From positions 1 to 52,198 of IMG/VR virus record IMGVR_UViG_3300032087_006329: 52,198 nucleotides of DNA; one strand, 5' to 3'. The translations under genes were made by a program, and so were the position numbers. The first letter of the stretch is position 1, and each line of letters begins with the position of its first letter. This stretch comes from a virus. Taxonomy: Duplodnaviria; Caudoviricetes. Of the stretch, positions 31,036-40,501 are shown piece after piece. The notes below the pieces were generated by a model. That model was not told where the DNA came from and did no database searches. It worked only from the letters and a program-made list of their open reading frames with translations.

Positions 31036-33657
31036 TTGGCAATCATAAAATTCGATCGCCAGTTTGATTTCTCGAACAGGTTTGTCCTTCATCCGAGCCG
31101 ATCTTTTTCCAACGTCTCGGGTGATGCAACGGGATCTGTGCGCCTCACACAGTTTAAACAAGGCGTCAGGAGATCGGTAGATCCTACAAATCCTGAGACT
31201 GAGCTTGTTACCTATGATGACTCGTCGGCAGTTGGCAAAGTCGTCGGACCTCTTGTTGGTCCGGGCGGAGTTTCTCCGATTTCCAGCGAAATCCAGCGTG
31301 AGGCTACCAGTTTAATCAACAATGCGAGCTCTTTGCCGGTTTATTCGCCGGACTTAAAGTCTTTTGACATTGAAAGATTCACGCCGTATCTCGAGACGGT
31401 TAATCTAGAGAATGCAGCTGGTGTGTCGGTAGAGACATCGATTGCTTCTACGGGTTCCTACAGAAAAAATCTGATCAGAAAGTCTCTGTACAGAAAAAAT
31501 GCTGGAACGTTTCGAAAGTGCGATTGGGCATACTCCAATGCACACAGCATCAATTTTTTCACGGATCCGGATACATCCGTTTCCACAAATCCCCAGCAAC
31601 ACGCGATAATCTATCCTGACCCAACCGGTTCAGATGGCTCAGCAAATTACCGTCCGGATGCTGGATTTACTTTCGAGTTCTACATAAACCCTCGATACAC
31701 GACTAAAAACAACAGTACGGCTTTCGATGCCGGAACAATCCTGCACTATTCCAGCGCGTATGCCCTTAGTCTAGTATCGGGATCAAATACCGACACAGAA
31801 GGCCGTCCCGATGGCTTCCGTTTACTGCTACAGCTTAGCTCTAGCGCGGATACTCCTCCGGATGAAATTTCACTAAGCGGCCCTCCGGCCGGAAGTCCAA
31901 TGGTTTACTCTAGCAGCGATAATTCGCTGACTAGAGGGAAATGGCACCACGTTGCTGTGAGATGGGGCGGCTTAGATGTTCAAGATTCAACCGGAAGCTT
32001 TGTTATCGATGGTTTGATTGATTCAACTTTTATCATTCCGAGTGCATCGATTACTGCTCCCGCAGGATCGACTCAGTATGCCGGCTTCAGTGATCGTGAT
32101 GATGCAAATGCTCTGTTCTTGGGCAACTTTGTTAGAGGCTCGAATCCAGCTGCAGGAGGAGTTAAGAATTTCTTCAATAGCAATGCGGCCGCGAATGAAG
32201 GTGTCATAACTTGGCCAAATGCAGGTATCGGAACAAGCGACCCGTCAAACACCCTCAAAAACAAGTTGAATGCCGAAATTCATGAAGTGAGAATTTTCAA
32301 GGAACACAGGGACATTGAGCAAATCAAGGAGCACATGAATCTTGGGTTTAGCAAGTCTCAGTTTGAAAACGAGAAGTCGGGATCTCTTGCCTTCTATCTT
32401 CCGCCACTCTTCGTGGTGGAGTCTCCAGCTAGAAAGTCGTTCCGTGCTCCATTCAGTCTTGTCTCAAGTGCGAAACCTTCCTTCACACCGTTTAGTGTGA
32501 CATCGTCATTCACTAATGAAATGTTTTCGCTAAATGCACCAAACTTCTTCAGAGACTTTGCAAACAGCAGATACCCGAGATTCTTCAATCTAACAGGATC
32601 AACCTCCCTTACTGCGAACGATGATCAGCCATCAAACCAGCAGACTCTTCAGGATCCTCAGATCACGGCAAGAAACTTTCTGATCATGCCTAACGACAAC
32701 GGTTCGTTCAATCCAGATTACACGCTTCTCCTAACCGGAACCTTCAGTCAGCTGCCTACAACATCCAGTCTCCTAAGAAGGTTTGTAAATGATCGAGGTG
32801 TGACGGATCTTTCAATCATCTCGCTTAATCGAATGCTCGGAGGAAAGAAGCCAGTAAAGCACGATCGACTTCCAACCGATAATCTGTACGAGCCGGTATA
32901 CTCGAGCGACCCACAGCCATTCTTCAACGATCAAAGATTTGACTCAAGCGACGAAAGTGCTGCAACAAGAATTGAATCAAACAGAATAATCTCGCCGACT
33001 TTTGATGCGGAAATTAGGTTAAGGCCAGATGGAATTCTTCGAAGAAATTCTCCAAGTTCTCCAGCCGCCGGCGGGTTTAACAGAAAGACTTTCTACGTCT
33101 TCGAAGCAACTGGGGATGAGTCTTCAAATCAAGCTGTTTTCTTCAATATTCCGAACATATTCTACGGAAAGAGAATAAAGCCAGGAACTCTAACGGTGAA
33201 AGATCCCGGTATGACCGGCAGTTATGGCAAAGTTTCCATGACATTAAGAGACGACGGGTTCGGAAGTCTCTACCGTTCTGATTCATCGAATCCGAACAAA
33301 TTGCATTCTGTTGGTAATGTTTTCTATGAAGACGGAATCGTTGCTATCAAATCTCCACACTTGTTCTCTTTTGGTTCCGGTAGCTTCGAGATCGGCTTTG
33401 AAGGAACGCAGGAAATATTCAATCGTGAAATGTACATCGAGGCCCCGTCGGGTCTCGTTAACTCGTCATCCAACGCAACATTTGAAAAGCTTGCACCAAC
33501 AGATGATGCAAACGAAACCGCAGACGAGTTTGTGTACATCACACAAGTTTTACTACATGACAAGGATTTGAACGTTGTCGGAAGAGCGACGGTTTCGCAG
33601 CCGATCAAGAAGAGACCTACGGATTCCATTACGTTCAAACTGAAGAAGGACTATTGA
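31036..33657 (+). CDS. Virion protein with a LamG-like domain and a C-terminus paralogous to 29779..31026
   Basis: FTFEFYINP...KWHHVAVRW...EIHEVRIF; VGNVFYEDGI; NSSSNATF...YITQVLLHDKDLNVVGRATVSQPIKK...KLKKDY. Confidence 0.7.
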   Translation: MAIIKFDRQFDFSNRFVLHPSRSFSNVSGDATGSVRLTQFKQGVRRSVDPTNPETELVTYDDSSAVGKVVGPLVGPGGVSPISSEIQREATSLINNASSLPVYSPDLKSFDIERFTPYLETVNLENAAGVSVETSIASTGSYRKNLIRKSLYRKNAGTFRKCDWAYSNAHSINFFTDPDTSVSTNPQQHAIIYPDPTGSDGSANYRPDAGFTFEFYINPRYTTKNNSTAFDAGTILHYSSAYALSLVSGSNTDTEGRPDGFRLLLQLSSSADTPPDEISLSGPPAGSPMVYSSSDNSLTRGKWHHVAVRWGGLDVQDSTGSFVIDGLIDSTFIIPSASITAPAGSTQYAGFSDRDDANALFLGNFVRGSNPAAGGVKNFFNSNAAANEGVITWPNAGIGTSDPSNTLKNKLNAEIHEVRIFKEHRDIEQIKEHMNLGFSKSQFENEKSGSLAFYLPPLFVVESPARKSFRAPFSLVSSAKPSFTPFSVTSSFTNEMFSLNAPNFFRDFANSRYPRFFNLTGSTSLTANDDQPSNQQTLQDPQITARNFLIMPNDNGSFNPDYTLLLTGTFSQLPTTSSLLRRFVNDRGVTDLSIISLNRMLGGKKPVKHDRLPTDNLYEPVYSSDPQPFFNDQRFDSSDESAATRIESNRIISPTFDAEIRLRPDGILRRNSPSSPAAGGFNRKTFYVFEATGDESSNQAVFFNIPNIFYGKRIKPGTLTVKDPGMTGSYGKVSMTLRDDGFGSLYRSDSSNPNKLHSVGNVFYEDGIVAIKSPHLFSFGSGSFEIGFEGTQEIFNREMYIEAPSGLVNSSSNATFEKLAPTDDANETADEFVYITQVLLHDKDLNVVGRATVSQPIKKRPTDSITFKLKKDY

Positions 33658-34214
33658 TATTAGCGCTAGATATTTCAACTTCGATCACGGGTTATTCGGT
33701 CGTAAGTAGAGACGGGAAAATTGAGGCATCGGGATTTGTAGACCTTAGAAAGAAGAAGAGCTTCGTCGAAAAGGTTTCGCACGCAAAGAACGAGATCATC
33801 ATGAATTGTGTTGGGTACGATATCGAGGCTGTTGCCGTTGAGAAGAACCTGCAGGCTTTTAGACGTGGGTTTTCTTCTGCCGCAACGATCGACGCTCTGG
33901 CGAGGATGAACGGTGCTGTATCGTATGCATGTGCTTCTTTTTATGACGTTCCTCTGAAGAACATCGATGTCAACGAAGCTAGAAAGAAAATGGGCATCAA
34001 GATCCTCAAGGAAAAGGTTTGCGGGATCAACAAGAAGGAGCAGGTTAAAAGGGCTCTTGATGACATCCTTGAAGCTTCTGGACAAAAGATGATGTGGACC
34101 ACAAAGATTTTAAGGGGCGGTCCAAGGAAAGGCCAGGAGGTTCTTGCGGACGGTGTTTACGATGAGGTCGACGCAATTGTTATTGGGCTAGCATATCTGA
34201 AAATAGTCAACTAG
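33654..34214 (+). CDS. ruvC: RuvC-like Holliday junction resolvase
   Basis: ILALDISTSITGY, AVAVE, KKEQV and DEVDAIVIG give the RNase H-fold D-E-D-D set. Confidence 0.8.
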   Translation: MILALDISTSITGYSVVSRDGKIEASGFVDLRKKKSFVEKVSHAKNEIIMNCVGYDIEAVAVEKNLQAFRRGFSSAATIDALARMNGAVSYACASFYDVPLKNIDVNEARKKMGIKILKEKVCGINKKEQVKRALDDILEASGQKMMWTTKILRGGPRKGQEVLADGVYDEVDAIVIGLAYLKIVN

Positions 34215-34231
34215 ACTCCTTATACTTGCAC

Positions 34232-35197
34232 ATGGCTAGCTTAAGTGAAAGACTGCAACTGTTGCAGAGGGCATTTGGTAGATGCGCTCTAGGGAAAGAT
34301 GGCGTTAACGCTGCCGTTCGATGCATGAACCCAGAGTGCAGTTCCAGACTCAGCGCATCAAAACTTAAGCTCATCATAAAACTTGACACGGAGCAATACC
34401 ACTGCTGGGTTTGCGGAATGAAGGGAGGAAAAGTTTACCCTCTCTTCGCAAAGTATGCACCATCTTATGCGCAAGATGCAAAAGAACTATTCAGAGGACC
34501 TTCGAAAGCTGCCGAACAGAAAGAGAAGGATGTAGTACAACTTCCGAAGGGCTTTCAGCTCTTAGCTACTTCGAAGGATGATCGAGACCCCGACATCCGC
34601 GCCGTGTTCAGGTATTTGCACAGCAGAGGAATTGACGATCATGATCTTTGGAGAATGAGGCTAGGTGCAGTAAAAACTGGAAAGCTCCGCCGGCGAGTAA
34701 TATTTCCTTCGCTAAACTCAGAAGGCGAATTGAATTACTGGGTCTCCAGGGCTGTCGACAAAGAAGTTAAGCTGAAGTACTTCAATTCAAAGGCTCAGAA
34801 GAAAGACATCATCTTCAACGAGTGCGATATAAATTTCCACGAACAGGTTACAATTGTTGAAGGTCCGTTTGATCTCATAAAGTGCGATCGAAATGCAACG
34901 TGCCTGCTAGGCTCCAGCCTTTCGAAAGGTCACGAACTATTCAGGCGCCTGATGCTTCACAAGACACCTGTTTTGCTTGCTCTTGATTCTGATATGGTTG
35001 ACAAAACACACAAGATAGCTTCGCTACTTTACTCCGCTGGCTGCGATGTGTCTATCATGCCGCTGGGTAGGTTTGGGGACGTTGGCGAAATGTCGAAGCA
35101 AGAATTTATGCAACAAAAATCAAAGGCTTCCCTGTGGAATCCTATGAGCTCTCTGAGCAACAAAATTTCATCTATCAAGAGTGGGTCTATTCTATGA
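34232..35197 (+). CDS. DnaG-type phage DNA primase (Zn finger plus TOPRIM)
   Basis: CMNPEC...YHCWVCG; YL.SRGI; RVIFPS...NYWVSR; IVEGPFD; LALDSD; GDVGEM. Confidence 0.85.
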   Translation: MASLSERLQLLQRAFGRCALGKDGVNAAVRCMNPECSSRLSASKLKLIIKLDTEQYHCWVCGMKGGKVYPLFAKYAPSYAQDAKELFRGPSKAAEQKEKDVVQLPKGFQLLATSKDDRDPDIRAVFRYLHSRGIDDHDLWRMRLGAVKTGKLRRRVIFPSLNSEGELNYWVSRAVDKEVKLKYFNSKAQKKDIIFNECDINFHEQVTIVEGPFDLIKCDRNATCLLGSSLSKGHELFRRLMLHKTPVLLALDSDMVDKTHKIASLLYSAGCDVSIMPLGRFGDVGEMSKQEFMQQKSKASLWNPMSSLSNKISSIKSGSIL

Positions 35198-38100
35198 GTT
35201 TTCGCTGTGCGCACATTGCCGATATTCACTTCAGGGGTCTCTCAAGACACGATCAGTATCGTGCGGTCTTTCAAAAGTTCTTTGATCAGATGCAGAAAGA
35301 AAAGCCTGATGTGATCTTTGTTGGTGGGGATATCGTTCACAGCAAGACTCAAGGCATCTCTCCAGAGCTCATCGATGTTTTGAACTGGTGGTTTCGTGGT
35401 CTCTCAAAGAGTGCAAAGGAAGTCCACGTAATTCTAGGGAATCACGACGGGCTGATTCTAAACGATGAACGTCTAGACACCATTTCTCCGATTGTTTCCG
35501 CACTAGAACTGGATAACGTCTTTCTGCACAAGAAGTCAGGAACCTACAAGACGTGCGTTCCTGGTTACAACTTCTGCGTTTTTTCATGCTTCGACGAAAA
35601 GGGCTGGGAGAATGTAAAGCCGGTTCCTGGTGAGGTGAACATTGCATGTTACCACGGATGTGTTGTAGGATCTCTGACCGACATCGACTGGGAACTTGAC
35701 GGCGAGGTCGAGGCTAGCTTCTTTGATGCTTTTGATTTTGCATTCCTTGGTGATATTCACAGATGGCAATTCCTTGGTGACAACGATCGAATTGCATACT
35801 GCGGTTCGACAATTCAGCAAAACTTCGGTGAGAGTATTGAGAAAGGATACCTGTTTTGGCATATCGTCGACAGGGATCGATTCGACGTCGACTTCAGAGC
35901 CCTAGAAAATCCAACACCCTTTGTCACAATCGATTGGGCAGGAACTGCTCAGGAAACCTTGGACAACATCGATATTCCGTACGGGTCTAGGATCAGGGTG
36001 CAAAGCAAGCGACCAATCGAACAGACTAGTTGGTCACACCTAAAGAGTTATCTCAAGGAAAATTACGGTGCAAAGGAACTAGTGTACGACCTTCGAAGGG
36101 AGGAAAGAAAGAGAACGGAAGAAGTCACAGTCAAATCTGGAAGCGAAGATTACAGGGACTTCACTGTTCTGAGCAAGTATTACCATGAGTGGTTCAAGTC
36201 CCTGGAACTCACCGAGGAAGAGATCGAGTCGGCTACCCAGTATCTTAAGAAGATATTCGATGCTTTGCCACCACCAGACGGTCTCAGAAACGTTAGATGG
36301 ACCGTTGATTCTCTGGAGTTCGACAATGCGTATGCTTACGGAAAGGGTAATAGGATTGACTTTGAATCCCTGAGGGGCCTTGTGGGCATCTTCGGAAAGA
36401 ACAGGGCAGGAAAGTCTTCGATACCTGGAACTCTCATGTACACGTTGTTCAACGGATCGGACCGCGGTTCCTTGAAGAATATTCACATTGTCAATGTTCG
36501 AAAGAACTACTGTAAGGCATCCGCCGACATTTCCGTGAATGGTTATCGATATCGAATTGAAAGGCAGACTACCAAGCGCACGAACAGGAAGGGCGTTGTC
36601 AGTGCTGCAACACACCTAAACATGTTTGAAATTGATGCTGAAGGAAACGTCGTTAGAGATATGACCGACGAACAGCGCAGGGAAACTGAAAAGCATGTTC
36701 GTAAGTTGATTGGAACCGGCGAAAATTTCCTGATGACTACATTTGCATCTCAGGGCGCAATGAATAACTTCATCAAGGAAAGAGCAACAAACCGAAAGTC
36801 TGTTCTAACATCCTTTCTCGACTTTGGCGTTTTCGAAGAGATAAGCAAGTCTGCAAGATCTGACATGAGTTCTCTGAAGGCAAGGCTTTCCGACATTCAG
36901 AGAAGAGATTTTGTGTCAATTGAGCAAGAGAGATCGCTGGATCTGGCCAGAGCTCAGAAAAATCTAGATCTTCTTACCGAGGATCTCGAAAGAAACAATC
37001 AAAAGCTCGATGAAATCCAAGACAGGCTTGCACAACTACCGTCCGACTCGGTTGTTCAATCCGACATCGACGCTCAGCAGAATAAGATTGACGCTGCTCA
37101 GAAAGAGATAGCTAAACTTGAATCTGATAAGGAAGATTTCCTCAACCAGTGGAGGGACAAGAAGGAGAAGGTCGACTATTTGAAAGAAGTGGTTAGTGGT
37201 AGTGACGTTGATCAATTGAATGAAAACGTTGAAAAGGCAAAGAATATCACTTCCGAACTCGAAAAGCTGCGAAGAGACATGTCTCTGATCGAGAAGAAAG
37301 TCAAGTCATTGAGCGATCCGGAATTCTTGAAGGGTTGCAAGTGTCTGCGAGAAGCGGAAAGTGCGCTTGAGAAAAAGCCCGGTATTGAAAGCAGAATTGA
37401 GGTTCTGCAGACAACTTACGGCATGCTAGATATCGATTCTGTAAATGAAAGGCTCGGTAAAATCAGGAAGATAAACCAGACTATCGATTCTATTGAAAGA
37501 GATCTGAAGTCTAGCATTTCAATGTCTTCGATTTACGATGAGAAGATTACTGTCGCGACGGAGAGGCTTCAGATAAACGAAGCCAAGCTTTCAAAAATGC
37601 AAATGCATTTAACCGATGCACCTGTTGACGAGATGCTGTCTGACTTGAAGAAGCAGAAAAGAGAGCTCGAGAAGCTGATTCGAAGCGACGATGGTAAAAG
37701 AATTTCTGCTGCAAAGACCATTGGGATGGTTCAGACTCAGATCAAGAAGCTTCGGGAAGAAAGAAAGAAGTTTCAGGAGCTAAACGGAGAATGGAAGATT
37801 GCAGAGGTCGTTGCTGAAGCTTCTTCCAAAAAGGGTATTCCTCTGCAAATTCTCAATGGAAAGCTTCCACAGGTAAACGAGGAGATTGCCCAAATCCTTC
37901 AGGGAACTACCGGATTCACGGTCGAGCTCGAAGCCGACCCTGATTCCAACGCAATGGATATTTACATCAACTACGGAGACAGCAGAAGAATCATCGAGTG
38001 CGCATCCGGAATGGAAAAGATGATGGCATCGCTTGCTATTCGCGTCGCCCTGATGAATCTAACCGCGCTTCCACGCTGTGATCTTCTAATCATCGATGAG

Positions 38101-38277
38101 GGTTTTGGAGCTCTCGATGAGACCAATGTCGAAGCTTGCTCAGCTCTTCTTCACGGTTTAACAAAGTACTTCAAGACTATTTTGATTATTTCACACGTTG
38201 ATGCAGTCAAAGATTCTGTTGATAACGTTCTATCAATTTCTAAGAGAGGACAGGATTCTTATGTCAACACAAACTGA
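35194..38277 (+). CDS. Fused Mre11/SbcD nuclease - Rad50/SbcC ATPase (T4 gp47-gp46 equivalent)
   Basis: N-terminal metallophosphoesterase motifs DIH, GGDIVH, GNHD, YHG, GDIH. Then Walker A GKNRAGKSS, Q-loop FASQG, long coiled coil, signature SGMEK, Walker B IIDEGFGALD, H-loop IISH. Confidence 0.92.
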   Translation: MSFRCAHIADIHFRGLSRHDQYRAVFQKFFDQMQKEKPDVIFVGGDIVHSKTQGISPELIDVLNWWFRGLSKSAKEVHVILGNHDGLILNDERLDTISPIVSALELDNVFLHKKSGTYKTCVPGYNFCVFSCFDEKGWENVKPVPGEVNIACYHGCVVGSLTDIDWELDGEVEASFFDAFDFAFLGDIHRWQFLGDNDRIAYCGSTIQQNFGESIEKGYLFWHIVDRDRFDVDFRALENPTPFVTIDWAGTAQETLDNIDIPYGSRIRVQSKRPIEQTSWSHLKSYLKENYGAKELVYDLRREERKRTEEVTVKSGSEDYRDFTVLSKYYHEWFKSLELTEEEIESATQYLKKIFDALPPPDGLRNVRWTVDSLEFDNAYAYGKGNRIDFESLRGLVGIFGKNRAGKSSIPGTLMYTLFNGSDRGSLKNIHIVNVRKNYCKASADISVNGYRYRIERQTTKRTNRKGVVSAATHLNMFEIDAEGNVVRDMTDEQRRETEKHVRKLIGTGENFLMTTFASQGAMNNFIKERATNRKSVLTSFLDFGVFEEISKSARSDMSSLKARLSDIQRRDFVSIEQERSLDLARAQKNLDLLTEDLERNNQKLDEIQDRLAQLPSDSVVQSDIDAQQNKIDAAQKEIAKLESDKEDFLNQWRDKKEKVDYLKEVVSGSDVDQLNENVEKAKNITSELEKLRRDMSLIEKKVKSLSDPEFLKGCKCLREAESALEKKPGIESRIEVLQTTYGMLDIDSVNERLGKIRKINQTIDSIERDLKSSISMSSIYDEKITVATERLQINEAKLSKMQMHLTDAPVDEMLSDLKKQKRELEKLIRSDDGKRISAAKTIGMVQTQIKKLREERKKFQELNGEWKIAEVVAEASSKKGIPLQILNGKLPQVNEEIAQILQGTTGFTVELEADPDSNAMDIYINYGDSRRIIECASGMEKMMASLAIRVALMNLTALPRCDLLIIDEGFGALDETNVEACSALLHGLTKYFKTILIISHVDAVKDSVDNVLSISKRGQDSYVNTN

Positions 38278-38503
38278 GAAGGCGACCGTTCCTGATGCGT
38301 GCCCAATGTGCAATACTTTGCTAAGATCATCTGACGTTGATACTTATATTGAGTTTGGGGTATGCACTAACTGCGATATGTCTTTTCGACAACCTAGAAT
38401 GAAAGATTGGAACTGTGGATGGAGACCTTCTCAGGAGCAAGTTGACAACATGCTAGAGTCTCTTAGAAAGCAACCGTTTTTCTACAAGCGCAACATTATT
38501 TAG
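38261..38503 (+). CDS. Small CxxC...CxxC zinc-finger protein
   Basis: CPMC...CTNC...W..GWRP; AGGA RBS before ATG 38261. Confidence 0.65.
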   Translation: MSTQTEKATVPDACPMCNTLLRSSDVDTYIEFGVCTNCDMSFRQPRMKDWNCGWRPSQEQVDNMLESLRKQPFFYKRNII

Positions 38504-38519
38504 ATTGAGAGGTAAAAAA

Positions 38520-38888
38520 ATGCTTTGTGTTAAAGGACTGCGAGCACTTTCGCAAGAGCTTGACTACACATTCGGCGGTTCAAATGGTGAGTACAAGGTT
38601 TCTTACGATATTACCGAGGGAAGCTTTAAACTGAGTTACAAGGCAATCTTCCAGTTTGCTGACAATCAAACACTCAGATTACAGACGGATCGCCTAAGCC
38701 AGACATCGGAAGACATGCTGAAGGAAGCAATGCGACGAGGAAAGGGAGCTTACGACGATGCTTCTGAAGCAACCTTGTCGACTCAGCTCGTTGCAGATAA
38801 TGACGATGTTCAGTTGGTTGGAACAACCATCTACTCTCCTCGTAGGACCGCTTACTACACGAGGGTTATGACATACAAGCTTGATTAA
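38520..38888 (+). CDS. Hypothetical protein upstream of the terminase
   Basis: GAGGT RBS; TAATG coupling to terL. Confidence 0.65.
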   Translation: MLCVKGLRALSQELDYTFGGSNGEYKVSYDITEGSFKLSYKAIFQFADNQTLRLQTDRLSQTSEDMLKEAMRRGKGAYDDASEATLSTQLVADNDDVQLVGTTIYSPRRTAYYTRVMTYKLD

Positions 38889-40492
38889 TGGCGCCGCGAT
38901 CTAAGCAAAGGCAAATCAAGGAAATCGTTAGATGCGGTAAGGAGCCTGTTTATTTCTTCAATCGTTACGTGAAGATTCAGCATCCTAACCGTGGCCTCAT
39001 TGATTTCAAGACTTACGATTTTCAGAACGACTGCACGAAGGAATTTAACGATCATCGCTTCAACATCGTTCTGAAGTCTAGACAGCTTGGTTTATCGACA
39101 CTGGTTGCAGCTTATGCTGCGTGGCTAGCCGTGTTCTACAAAGACAAGAACATCCTGGTCATTGCAACAAAGTTAGCTGTTGCCCAGAACTTCATCAGAA
39201 AAGTCAAGACGGTTATTCGAAACATGCCGCCTTGGCTACTAATTCCTGCGATAGTTGAGAACAACAAGCAAAGTATTCTGTTCTCAAACGGAAGCCAGAT
39301 CAAGGCGGTTCCTACTTCTGAAGATGCTGGACGTTCCGAGGCTCTGTCACTTCTGATTGTGGATGAGGCCGCTTTCGTTAGAAACTTTGACGAAGTTTGG
39401 AGAGGCCTGTATTCAACGCTTTCCACTGGTGGACGTGCAATCATCCTGAGCACTCCGAACGGCGTCGGTAACATGTATCACAAACTGTACATTGATGCCG
39501 AAGCAGGAGTCAATCAGTTCAACGCTATCAAGCTTCTTTGGGACGTTCATCCGGACAGAGACGATAATTGGTTTGAGGAAGAATGCAGGAACATGACGAA
39601 AATGCAGATCGCGCAGGAGCTGATGTGCGACTTTGCAGCAAGCGGAAACACGTTCCTCCAAGCTTCTGACATCGAATACCTCAGATCTTCTGTTAGGGCT
39701 CCGATAGAAAAATGGGGACCTCAAGCAGGTGTTTGGCTTTGGAAGTATCCTCAGCCCGGAACAAAGTATGTCATATCGGCTGACGTTGCACGAGGGGACG
39801 GAGCTGACTTTAGTGCATTCACGGTTATTGATACCAGCGAAAGTGAAATTGTTTGTGAGTTCAAGGGCAAGAGCCCACCAGATGAATTTGCTTTAGTTCT
39901 CGCCGAAGCTGGAAGAAAATACAACGATGCTCTTCTATGCCCCGAAAACAATTCGTATGGCTATGCACTCATCATGAAGCTTGTAGAGCTTGGTTACGAG
40001 AACTTGTACTACGTCAATCCCAAGGATAGATTTGCAGCATCATACGGATCAGCGGACATCTCTAAGATAGGTTTTGCCACAAACTCAAAGACGCGAAACC
40101 AGATTCTTACTAAGCTCGAAGAGGTTCTTCGTCGCCACGAAATCAAATCATATTCATCAAGGCTTTACGAAGAGCTAAAGACTTTCATATGGAAAAATGG
40201 AAAGCTTCAGGCGCAGAAAGGTAAAAATGACGATCTCGTCATGTCGCTAGCAATCGGAGTCTGGCTTTACGATACTTCTCCGTCGCTAACTCAACAAGGC
40301 CAGAAGATGGCTGACGCAATGCTTGCTGCTTTTGCAGTAAACTCAACATCAGAAGAAAAAGATACGAGCCCTTTCTTTAACGATCGTGTGAGATCCCAGT
40401 ATTATGATGTATCAAGACCTATACTTACTGATCAGGACCTCGCACCAAAAAGCGAATCGACAAGTCCTGATTATTGGTGGTTGTTAAAATAA
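38888..40492 (+). CDS. terL: Terminase large subunit (T4 gp17-like)
   Basis: YDFQ adenine motif, LKSRQLGLST Walker A, LLIVDEAAF Walker B, LSTPNG, ADVARGDGADFS, DDLVMSLAI. Confidence 0.96.
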   Translation: MAPRSKQRQIKEIVRCGKEPVYFFNRYVKIQHPNRGLIDFKTYDFQNDCTKEFNDHRFNIVLKSRQLGLSTLVAAYAAWLAVFYKDKNILVIATKLAVAQNFIRKVKTVIRNMPPWLLIPAIVENNKQSILFSNGSQIKAVPTSEDAGRSEALSLLIVDEAAFVRNFDEVWRGLYSTLSTGGRAIILSTPNGVGNMYHKLYIDAEAGVNQFNAIKLLWDVHPDRDDNWFEEECRNMTKMQIAQELMCDFAASGNTFLQASDIEYLRSSVRAPIEKWGPQAGVWLWKYPQPGTKYVISADVARGDGADFSAFTVIDTSESEIVCEFKGKSPPDEFALVLAEAGRKYNDALLCPENNSYGYALIMKLVELGYENLYYVNPKDRFAASYGSADISKIGFATNSKTRNQILTKLEEVLRRHEIKSYSSRLYEELKTFIWKNGKLQAQKGKNDDLVMSLAIGVWLYDTSPSLTQQGQKMADAMLAAFAVNSTSEEKDTSPFFNDRVRSQYYDVSRPILTDQDLAPKSESTSPDYWWLLK

Positions 40493-40501
40493 GGAAAAGG
40501 A

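Noticed and set aside
33654-34214. RuvC domain as a TnpB/Cas12-like nuclease
   Set aside because: Only 186 aa, with no Zn ribbon, no REC/WED region and no adjacent non-coding RNA space; it fits a stand-alone resolvase.
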